Source of the DNA: Candidatus Magasanikiibacteriota bacterium
GTDB taxonomy: Bacteria > Patescibacteriota > Patescibacteriia > Magasanikbacterales > UBA922
Assembly (NCBI GenBank): GCA_003482855.1
Contig: DMXO01000004.1
Location: 1-56,223, forward strand
Length of the DNA stretch: 56,223 nucleotides
Direction: 5' to 3'
The position numbers were made by a program, and so were the translations under genes. How positions within the stretch are numbered: the stretch's first letter is position 1; each line of letters starts with the position of its first letter. The notes below the pieces were generated by a model. The model did not search any database. It worked only from the letters and a program-made list of their open reading frames with translations, and had not been told where the DNA came from. Positions 18,892-25,751 of the stretch are shown here, piece by piece.

Positions 18892-20501
18892 TTTTCTTCC
18901 GTCTTTTCAAGTAAGTATAACGTGTTATTAGGATTCCAGCCGGGGATCTTTTTTGTTTCTTTGATTTTATATGGTTCAAGTGGCGAAAAGCTGACGATAT
19001 AGTTCTGCGTATTATTGACAAAAATATTGCGTATCCACCACGGTCCGTTCCATGCCCCGTGAGGTGTGCCATTTTGTTGTGCTTCATACGCAGACCAATA
19101 TGTATGCCAACCGTTCCATTCATAACCTGCGTCAATATGGTATGGCTCGATTCTTGTTTCATATAGTATATTATTTGCGAGCTTCCAACGTGTTTTATTC
19201 CAATTCAAATAAAATGCTGTTTGGTTAATACTAAAAAATGCAAAACCTATAAGAATTGCGATCGCCACTAGAGCAGATATTTTTTTGAATGTCAGGTATT
19301 GTGCGATGATGATTCCCATTATTATAAAGAGAGGCAAATAGTATCTGTCAAAGCTTTGGAAAATAAGTATAGGTATAAGATATATGAAACCAAACACATA
19401 GAATAGACCTTGTATTTTTTGGTTTGGTTGTTTGTTTTTTCCCATTATATATAAGAGCCATCCACCGCTTGCAGCACACGTAAGTGTAATAATGCCCCAT
19501 ATTTTGCTTGAGAAAATAGACTTCAAAATGCCATTTAGTGTATATTCCACTCCGCCAAGCCCATATTGGGTAATGATGTTCATGACATAGGGGAATTGTG
19601 TTTTTAACATTTGTCTTATGACAATAGCAATGATAACTGTGGTAAAAATGGTAAGAAGTAGTTTCCAATTTTTGAAATGGCTTTTTGTTCTTTTAAATGC
19701 GTATCCCATGGCGAAGGGAATGGAAAAGAATCCTAGGTATATAAGTGAATACCAGATCCACCACAGAATGTGTTTGAGCATTTCACTTGAAGCTACAGTG
19801 TGGTATGAGGAACCTTGAGGAAGTAGATTGTTGTTATCCAAAAAAATGTAGATAATTAGCCATAGTATAGAAGGTATTCCGAAAGACCAAAGTGAATGTT
19901 TTAATGGAATATTTTTTAATTGTGTAAGAGAATATATGCCGGCTGCTACCATGAGTAAAATATTTGTTTGTCTTGTATAGAATCCAATAATTGAAAAAAG
20001 AGATCCCCCCAAAATGTATAATGGTTTTTTTTCTGTAAAAGCAATGGAGTAAAAATAGAGTGATACGACAAATAAAAAGAGTGCGGGTATGTCAGTCATG
20101 AATGTAAATGAGAGGTTGTAGAAAATTGGATTGAACCAGAGGGCAAGGACGATGAGTAAGTTGATGTGAGGTTTGTGATTAAGTTTGTATAGTAGGAAGT
20201 TGAAAGTCAAAAGTGTTCCTAATGCTAAGATCAGTGTGGAGATACGTAAGATGGAGAATGAAAATCCAAATATTTTTGTAAGTGCCGCGCCATAGAGAAT
20301 AGGAACATAAAATGTGGGACCGGCATAGGTGGACATGCGAAATTCCCCCGAATCGACCCAATGTTTCATGATTTCAGTATGGACCCAATCGTCATTTAAG
20401 GCGAATTCACCAATAGGACTGATAAACAAAAATTGTCCCAAGAATAGGATAATAATTATCAAAGAATAATATATAGCCGGTCTTTTGAGAAAATTTTTCA
20501 T
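18888..20501 (-). CDS. Polytopic GT-C (ArnT/GT39-like) glycosyltransferase
   Basis: First-loop NDDW, FTFMTDIPAL, FYTRQ and FDRYYLP motifs; ATG overlaps the upstream TGA. Confidence 0.75.
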   Translation of the reverse strand: MKNFLKRPAIYYSLIIIILFLGQFLFISPIGEFALNDDWVHTEIMKHWVDSGEFRMSTYAGPTFYVPILYGAALTKIFGFSFSILRISTLILALGTLLTFNFLLYKLNHKPHINLLIVLALWFNPIFYNLSFTFMTDIPALFLFVVSLYFYSIAFTEKKPLYILGGSLFSIIGFYTRQTNILLMVAAGIYSLTQLKNIPLKHSLWSFGIPSILWLIIYIFLDNNNLLPQGSSYHTVASSEMLKHILWWIWYSLIYLGFFSIPFAMGYAFKRTKSHFKNWKLLLTIFTTVIIAIVIRQMLKTQFPYVMNIITQYGLGGVEYTLNGILKSIFSSKIWGIITLTCAASGGWLLYIMGKNKQPNQKIQGLFYVFGFIYLIPILIFQSFDRYYLPLFIIMGIIIAQYLTFKKISALVAIAILIGFAFFSINQTAFYLNWNKTRWKLANNILYETRIEPYHIDAGYEWNGWHTYWSAYEAQQNGTPHGAWNGPWWIRNIFVNNTQNYIVSFSPLEPYKIKETKKIPGWNPNNTLYLLEKTEEN

Positions 20502-20722
20502 TTTTTTGTTTTTATATGCCAGATTTCGTAGAGGCTCGCGAGTGTAAATACGATTTGTAATGGGATGAATATAGGATCTCTGAGCGATATACTGTATATC
20601 AGTAGCAGAAGTCCGCCGATGATGAATACCCAATCTTGTTTAATTTCATCTTTTATGAAGATTCCGTAGGTGATAAAAAGGAGACCGAAAGCTCCTAATA
20701 CTTTGGGCAGATATTCGAGCAT
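20498..20722 (-). CDS. Small three-TM protein (74 aa), paralog of 17078-17395
   Basis: TYGIFIKDEIKQDWVFIIGG; ATGA coupling to the GT-C gene. Confidence 0.7.
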   Translation of the reverse strand: MLEYLPKVLGAFGLLFITYGIFIKDEIKQDWVFIIGGLLLLIYSISLRDPIFIPLQIVFTLASLYEIWHIKTKK

Positions 20723-20777
20723 AGTGATATGTGTGAAATGTTTATTATAAACAGAGTATAGCAAAATGTCCTAAAAT

Positions 20778-21354
20778 AAAAAACCCTCGGTGATGTCGAA
20801 GTGTATTTAATTTGATGGGGAAGGGCGGCGCTATCAAGCAACCGCCCCATGTGTCTTCCTACGAGAACCTCGGTAGGAGTCCGGAGTGTTACACGAAGCT
20901 CGGTGTAACTCCAGAGGACCTACGAGATTGTGCGGTAGGTAGCCGGCATCGGATTTTCTACGAGAGAACGCGGTAGAAAACCGGCGACATACACCTACGA
21001 GAGACTCGGTAGGAATCCGGAGCCTGGACGAGAAACTAGGTCCAGCTCCGGAGATTTGTCCACGAGAAACGCGGTGACAAGCCAGCGACAGTTTTTCTCA
21101 CGAGATTCGCGGTGAGAAACCGGCGGCAAGTCCACGAGAATCTCGGTGGACATCCCGGAGCGTCTACGAGATTCGCGGTAGAACAGCCAGCGTCAGAATT
21201 TCCTACGAGATAATGCGGTAGGAAACCGGCAGTGGACTATCTACGAGAAACTCGGTAGATACCCGGAGGGTCATGAATTCCTCACGACGGTGTGTGCAAC
21301 TACTTAGTAGTGAGACACATCGTCGTGGAGAATTACTTTTTCATCTTTAAAGAA
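20778..21354 (-). ncRNA. Candidate ~575-nt structured ncRNA: 5' long hairpin, 12 tandem H-type pseudoknots, 3' hairpin and U-tract
   Basis: Minus-strand TTGACA-17-TATACT promoter at 21389-21361; flanking hairpins 21276-21334 and 20815-20850; weak hairpin plus U6 at 20801-20778; no ORF of 60 aa or more. Strand is inferred. Confidence 0.6.
20857..21268. repeat. Array of 12 degenerate ~35-nt units with covarying stems (not CRISPR)
   Basis: Each unit on + reads [stem]A-CGA(GA)-n-XXX-GG-T[stem']-n-CC-R-X'X'X'; the stems differ between units yet stay paired. Confidence 0.95.
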
Positions 21355-21360
21355 CAGCAT

Positions 21361-21389
21361 AGTATAACATGAAAACATAAATATGTCAA
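21361..21389 (-). promoter_or_regulatory. Sigma70 promoter pointing into the repeat array
   Basis: TTGACA (21389-21384), 17-nt spacer, TATACT (21366-21361). Confidence 0.75.
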
Positions 21390-21474
21390 GAGTATCAGGT
21401 ATATGTTTATTTTTTAAGCATAAAAAATGCTAAGATAAGCCATTTTAAAAAAAATAAATATGTTAACTAAATAC

Positions 21475-21503
21475 TTTACAAATTTGATATAATATGTTAT
21501 ACT
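21475..21503 (+). promoter_or_regulatory. Sigma70 promoter of the TrmB-like gene
   Basis: TTTACA-17-TATACT. Confidence 0.6.
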
Positions 21504-21578
21504 TAAGCTGTAATTAGCAAAAAGTTGTGTTAATTATATACAGCCAATATAATAAAAAATGGCTTAAATAAGCAAAAT

Positions 21579-22334
21579 ATGAAGTCTTTATATGAATCAC
21601 TTGTTTCTATAGGGTTTGAATCTCTTGCTGCTCAAGTATATGTCTTGCTTGTAGAAAAAGGCGAAATGACTGTTTCGCAAATAAAAAAAGATATTGGCCT
21701 ATCTCGTACAAGTATTTATGAGGCTTTTACTTATTTACTTGCGTATGATTTTGTCGAATATAGGAAACAAGGTAGGAACGCTTTATACAAAGCGAATCAT
21801 CCTAATAAAATTTTTGGAAGTATCGAACAAAAGCATAAAGATTTTGAATTAGAAGAACAGAGAGTAAAGAATGATGTGAAGACGCTTATAGGTATGTATA
21901 ATTTGGCAAATAAAAAACCAGGTATTAGATACTATGAAGGCAAGGAAAGTTTTTGGCAGTTATATAATGAGACGCTTGAAAGCAGAGATATTGTGTATAC
22001 TATTGAAAATGAAGAGGCTGCAATTGCAACGCAAGGTTCAATGGAACATTATGACAAGGACCGTGCTCAAAAGAAAATTACACAATATATTATTGTTCCA
22101 GATACGCCAGCTGGTCGTGCCCTGAAGTCACGGACAGAGAATGATCCATATACTCAAGTTCGTATATTGCCAAGTGACAAGCCATCATTTAAATCAACCA
22201 TAGATTTGTTTGGTGGCAAATTGCTTATAGCTACTCAACGTAGTGAAGAGCCAATAATGGTGGTGATAGAAGACCCTGATATTTACCAGATGCAGCGTCA
22301 AGTATTCGAGATGTTGTGGAGTTCACTTAAATAA
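21579..22334 (+). CDS. TrmB-family HTH transcriptional regulator
   Basis: LVSIGF...AQVY..L...GEMTVSQI...IGLSRTSIYE HTH; GIRYYEG and PLD-like C-terminal domain. Confidence 0.85.
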   Translation: MKSLYESLVSIGFESLAAQVYVLLVEKGEMTVSQIKKDIGLSRTSIYEAFTYLLAYDFVEYRKQGRNALYKANHPNKIFGSIEQKHKDFELEEQRVKNDVKTLIGMYNLANKKPGIRYYEGKESFWQLYNETLESRDIVYTIENEEAAIATQGSMEHYDKDRAQKKITQYIIVPDTPAGRALKSRTENDPYTQVRILPSDKPSFKSTIDLFGGKLLIATQRSEEPIMVVIEDPDIYQMQRQVFEMLWSSLK

Positions 22335-22358
22335 AAAGACGGGCATGAGCTCGTCTTT
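22335..22358. terminator. Bidirectional terminator
   Basis: AAAGACGGGC / GCTCGTCTTT stem between convergent genes. Confidence 0.65.
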
Positions 22359-22374
22359 GGTTTTGTGGCGTATT

Positions 22375-23346
22375 TTATTTTTTTTCTTCCCATTTATTTA
22401 TATATTCTATCGCGCTCAAAGCTGCGGTAACACCTTGTCCTGCCGCAATGGCAATTTGTTTGAACGGGACATTGGTCACATCACCTGCAGCAAAGACACC
22501 CGGACAATCAGTTTCGCATTTGGTAGTGACTTCTATCTCACCAATTTTATTTTTTTTGCCACACGTCACAAATTGTGAGTTGGGTATCATGCCGATATGT
22601 ACCATGACTCCTTGCACCTCAAGTTGTTTTTTTTCTCCAGACTTTGTATCTTCATATATTATTCCCGAGACCATCTCGTTGCCCAATATTTCTTTTGTGC
22701 TTGCATTGTAGATTATCTCGACATTATCAAGGGCTTTTATTTTGTCAATCAATATATTTTCCCCTTTGGGGAATCCGCCGTTATTTTCCTTAGTATCTGA
22801 GTATTTTGTTATGAGGTACACTTTGGACGCAATGCCCGCCATCATGAGAGCTGATTCAAGCGCTGAATTTCCAGCTCCGATAGTCGCTGTTATTTTTCCT
22901 TTATACAAAGGGCCGTCACATACGGTACAATATGTTACACCTTTGCCACGCATTTTTTCTTCTCCCGATATTCCCAATAGGCGTGGGTGAATGCCGCTGG
23001 CGATAATAACTGTCTTTGTTTTGTATGTGCGCATTTCTCCAGCGTAATCTTTTGCAATGACTACATGATAATTACTTTCTTTTTTTATATGTTCTATATT
23101 AAACCCCTCATCTATAGCAACGTGATATGATTTCATGTGTTCGTGGAAATTTTTTGCCAATTCAAAACCAGTAGTATGAATAATACCTGGCCAGTTTTCT
23201 ACTTCTCCGGAAAGCGCGACCTCACCGCCAACGTCTTTTGTGACTACCACAAAGTCGAGGTTTCTCCGGGCAGCATACACAGCAGCAGCAGATCCTGCAG
23301 CCGCGGCGCCGATGATCACAAGGTCTAACATTTTTTCATCTGACAT
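22375..23346 (-). CDS. trxB: Thioredoxin reductase-like FAD oxidoreductase
   Basis: IIGAAAAG, YCTVCDG (CxxC), IGAGNSALE and FAAGDV motifs. Confidence 0.85.
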   Translation of the reverse strand: MSDEKMLDLVIIGAAAAGSAAAVYAARRNLDFVVVTKDVGGEVALSGEVENWPGIIHTTGFELAKNFHEHMKSYHVAIDEGFNIEHIKKESNYHVVIAKDYAGEMRTYKTKTVIIASGIHPRLLGISGEEKMRGKGVTYCTVCDGPLYKGKITATIGAGNSALESALMMAGIASKVYLITKYSDTKENNGGFPKGENILIDKIKALDNVEIIYNASTKEILGNEMVSGIIYEDTKSGEKKQLEVQGVMVHIGMIPNSQFVTCGKKNKIGEIEVTTKCETDCPGVFAAGDVTNVPFKQIAIAAGQGVTAALSAIEYINKWEEKK

Positions 23347-23363
23347 AATTGATTATTAATAAT

Positions 23364-23527
23364 CAAGAAACAAGAAACAAATAAAATTCGAAATCCTAAA
23401 CTCTAAATCCGAAATAAATTCAAATTATTTAATTTCAAATGTTTAAAACATTGATAATTTAGACATTTATATTTGTTTAGGATTTAGTGCTTAGAGTTTT
23501 TATTGTTTGGAAATTGTATCTTGTATC
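23364..23527. repeat. Intergenic heptamer-rich imperfect palindrome (family element, apparently nested)
   Basis: Left end CAAGAAACAAGAAACAA is identical to 25632-25648; right end TTTGGAAATTGTATCTTGTATC nearly matches 25715-25736; interior resembles 24211-24305. Confidence 0.7.
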
Positions 23528-23532
23528 CTATA

Positions 23533-24177
23533 TTAGGTCAACCTGTTAATTATTTCCTCCATTCTTTTTACGTTATCCTTTGGTTCTCTGTCATTTTTAA
23601 AAATTGCGCTCCCTGGGCAGATAGCATCTACCCTTGTTTTTGTGATGTCAGGCAATGTTTCTTCATTTACTGCACCATCCAATTCAACAGATATTTGTGG
23701 ATGTTTTGTTTTGAATTGTTTTATTTTTTGTAATACTTCGGGAATAAGTTTTTGGCCTTGTTTGCCCGGATATACGCCCATAAACATGACTGTCTTTATT
23801 TCATGGATATATGGTTCGAGGACATCAATTGGCGTATCAGGATTAAGCACAATACCTATTTCCCAGCCATAGGCATGCAGAGTGGGCATAATCTCTGCCA
23901 AATTTTTTACAGATTCATAATGTACGAGAATTCGTATGACTTGGTCTACAGATCCCCAGCGCGCGAGTTCTTTGAGAGGGCTTTCTACCATGAGATGGAG
24001 CTCTATATCCATAGGTGTTTCCCTTTTTACTATTTCCGGATTAGCCCATGTCGTGTTTGGTACAAATTTTCCATCGGCAATATCAAGTTGAACCAAATCG
24101 AGAACATTGTCGAGAGCTTTGATTTGTTTTTTGAATTCGTCCTCTGATTGGACAAGAATTGAAGGAATAATTATCAT
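23533..24177 (-). CDS. rpe: Ribulose-phosphate 3-epimerase
   Basis: IIPSIL, QLDIADGKFVPN, ELHLMV, MGVYPGKQGQ and LDGAVN motifs. Confidence 0.88.
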   Translation of the reverse strand: MIIIPSILVQSEDEFKKQIKALDNVLDLVQLDIADGKFVPNTTWANPEIVKRETPMDIELHLMVESPLKELARWGSVDQVIRILVHYESVKNLAEIMPTLHAYGWEIGIVLNPDTPIDVLEPYIHEIKTVMFMGVYPGKQGQKLIPEVLQKIKQFKTKHPQISVELDGAVNEETLPDITKTRVDAICPGSAIFKNDREPKDNVKRMEEIINRLT

Positions 24178-24323
24178 AAAATTCACCTAATTATTTAATT
24201 CATCTAATAAAAATTCGAAATAAGAAATTCAAATATTCAAAATATTTAGAACATTAATTAATTTGAAAATTTGAATTTGTTTCGGATTTAGAATTTAGGA
24301 TTTTTGTTTAGGTGAATTGACTG

Positions 24324-24776
24324 CTATTTTTCTAGTTTTTCTATTTTTTCCAGACGTCGAATATGTCTCTCCTCCCCACTAAACTCCGTATCCAACCATT
24401 TCTTCATCACAGCCATAGCGTGTTCTTCGGATAGATGGTCGGCTGCAAGAGATAAAACATTTGTATTATCATCTTTCATCATGCTTTCTGCAGCTCCAAT
24501 ATTATAACCGATCCCACATTTTACACCTTTTATTTTATTTACCGCGATACATACGCCTATGCCATTTCGGCATATTACAATGCCGCGTCCTTTTTCTGCA
24601 ACTACTTTTTTTCCAAGCGGAATGACGAAATCAGGATAATCATCATTTGGATCGTGTTCAAGTGGGCCCACGTCTTCTATTTTTATATTTAACTCGTTTT
24701 CACCATAGCGAATAAGCCTTTTTTTTAGATTATAACCGCCATGGTCTGAGGCGATATATAGTTTGCCGTTGTACAT
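24324..24776 (-). CDS. rpiB: Ribose-5-phosphate isomerase B
   Basis: ASDHGG, DYPD, GIVICRNGIG and RHIRRLEKI motifs. Confidence 0.9.
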   Translation of the reverse strand: MYNGKLYIASDHGGYNLKKRLIRYGENELNIKIEDVGPLEHDPNDDYPDFVIPLGKKVVAEKGRGIVICRNGIGVCIAVNKIKGVKCGIGYNIGAAESMMKDDNTNVLSLAADHLSEEHAMAVMKKWLDTEFSGEERHIRRLEKIEKLEK

Positions 24777-24998
24777 AATGTTTACATTTAAGCATTAAAA
24801 GCACTCTAGCACATAAGCACTTGAGCATTTTTACTAAGGACATAGGACTCCAGTGCTGTAGTGTTTTGGTGCTCTAGTGACGTGAGTATTGTATCACGAG
24901 TGCATATTTGGCTCAACCTATAGTTGACCTCGCTTTATTTTTTTGATTATATTAATGTAACCAATAAAGCTCCCAACTGGGAGCGGAGGTGAGACGCC

Positions 24999-25337
24999 AT
25001 GTCATACGTACTGACGCGGTTCGACCTCTCGCTCCTGGTAGTTATCCAGGGGCTCGGAGGTGTGCCCGGCGCAGAGTCGGTGCACGGACGAAGTGTCGTT
25101 GAACTCGCCAGAGCGACCGGGGCTCTTGGTGAGTTTTCAACCGGCGAGCTTCTCGCCGCGACCAAACATCTCGCAGAGGTCCTCGGGCTTCTCGAGGTGG
25201 AGACCCCAAAGAAGGGGGGTCTCAGGTCGCGGCTTACGCCGTCTGGGGTCGAGCGGCTCGCAACCGAGCTCGAAGTGCAGTCGTGGGCTCATGAGCTCGC
25301 GACACGGCTTCGCGGCCACATGTCTGTGGCTGCTTGA
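24999..25337 (+). CDS. High-GC small protein, PadR-like winged helix (tentative)
   Basis: GGAGGTGA Shine-Dalgarno; STGELL...L...GLLE...RSRLTPSG..RL pattern; GC about 67% in two 60-nt lines counted. Confidence 0.55.
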   Translation: MSYVLTRFDLSLLVVIQGLGGVPGAESVHGRSVVELARATGALGEFSTGELLAATKHLAEVLGLLEVETPKKGGLRSRLTPSGVERLATELEVQSWAHELATRLRGHMSVAA

Positions 25338-25386
25338 CCCTGAGGGGGGGTGTCGATCGTTCTCCGGCCACGGTCGACAAACTCCA

Positions 25387-25414
25387 AAAAACATCAGTTA
25401 ATCTGGTGTTTTTT
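25387..25414 (+). terminator. Intrinsic terminator after the high-GC ORF
   Basis: AAAAAACATCAG / CTGGTGTTTTTT stem. Confidence 0.6.
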
Positions 25415-25467
25415 GATTTTGATATTGACAAACACTCTTGATTTAGTATACTTTCTATATAATTACA

Positions 25468-25620
25468 AAGCATTAAGCCGTCATCAGCGGCAAGCTGGGA
25501 GAAGAAAGTTTAAAAGACGAGTAGAACTCCACGGGTAAGCCCGTAAAAGCTGTAACGAAGCACCAAAACAGGGTGGTACCGTCCCACATCGGGGCCCCTG
25601 TAGGATAATTGGTGTTTTTT
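25468..25620 (+). promoter_or_regulatory. Ile T-box riboswitch with ultrashort stem I
   Basis: Stem I GCCG-UCAUCAG-CGGC with AUC specifier (25483-25485); stem II with AGAA/AGUA S-turn; IIA/B ACGGG-UAAG-CCCGU..GCU; antiterminator ACAGGG-UGGUACC-GUCCC..GGGGC-CCCUGU; U-tract; TTGACA-16-TATACT upstream; precedes ileS. Confidence 0.9.
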
Positions 25621-25631
25621 TATTTAATTTC

Positions 25632-25736
25632 CAAGAAACAAGAAACAATTTTCAAATAAATCTCAAATTACAATCTCCAAAATTTGAAATTATCTATTAG
25701 GAGATTGGAAATTATTTGGAAATTGTGTCTTGTTTC
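25632..25736. repeat. Heptamer-rich imperfect palindrome in the ileS 5' leader
   Basis: Shares both termini with 23364-23527. Confidence 0.65.
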
Positions 25737-25751
25737 TTATAATTTATTCTT

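Noticed and set aside
20857-21268. Array read as a CRISPR locus
   Set aside because: There are no identical direct repeats with unique spacers; the variable parts base-pair with each other, and no cas gene is in the window.
20857-21268. Array read as a repetitive peptide (YEKLGR/HEIRGE-like codons on +)
   Set aside because: Unit cores vary by single nucleotides, which breaks the frame; stops occur and no ORF reaches 60 aa.
20857-21268. Tandem guanidine-III riboswitches (stem followed by ACGAG, pseudoknot)
   Set aside because: The likeness is limited to ACGAG on +. The long 3' loop of that class is absent, the promoter is on the other strand, and no SMR/Gdx gene follows. An Rfam scan should still be run.
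24947-25473. Alternative ORFs across the high-GC insert (24947-25165, 25060-25401, 25137-25394, 25234-25473)
   Set aside because: High GC gives open frames by chance; only 24999-25337 has a Shine-Dalgarno and a plausible fold.
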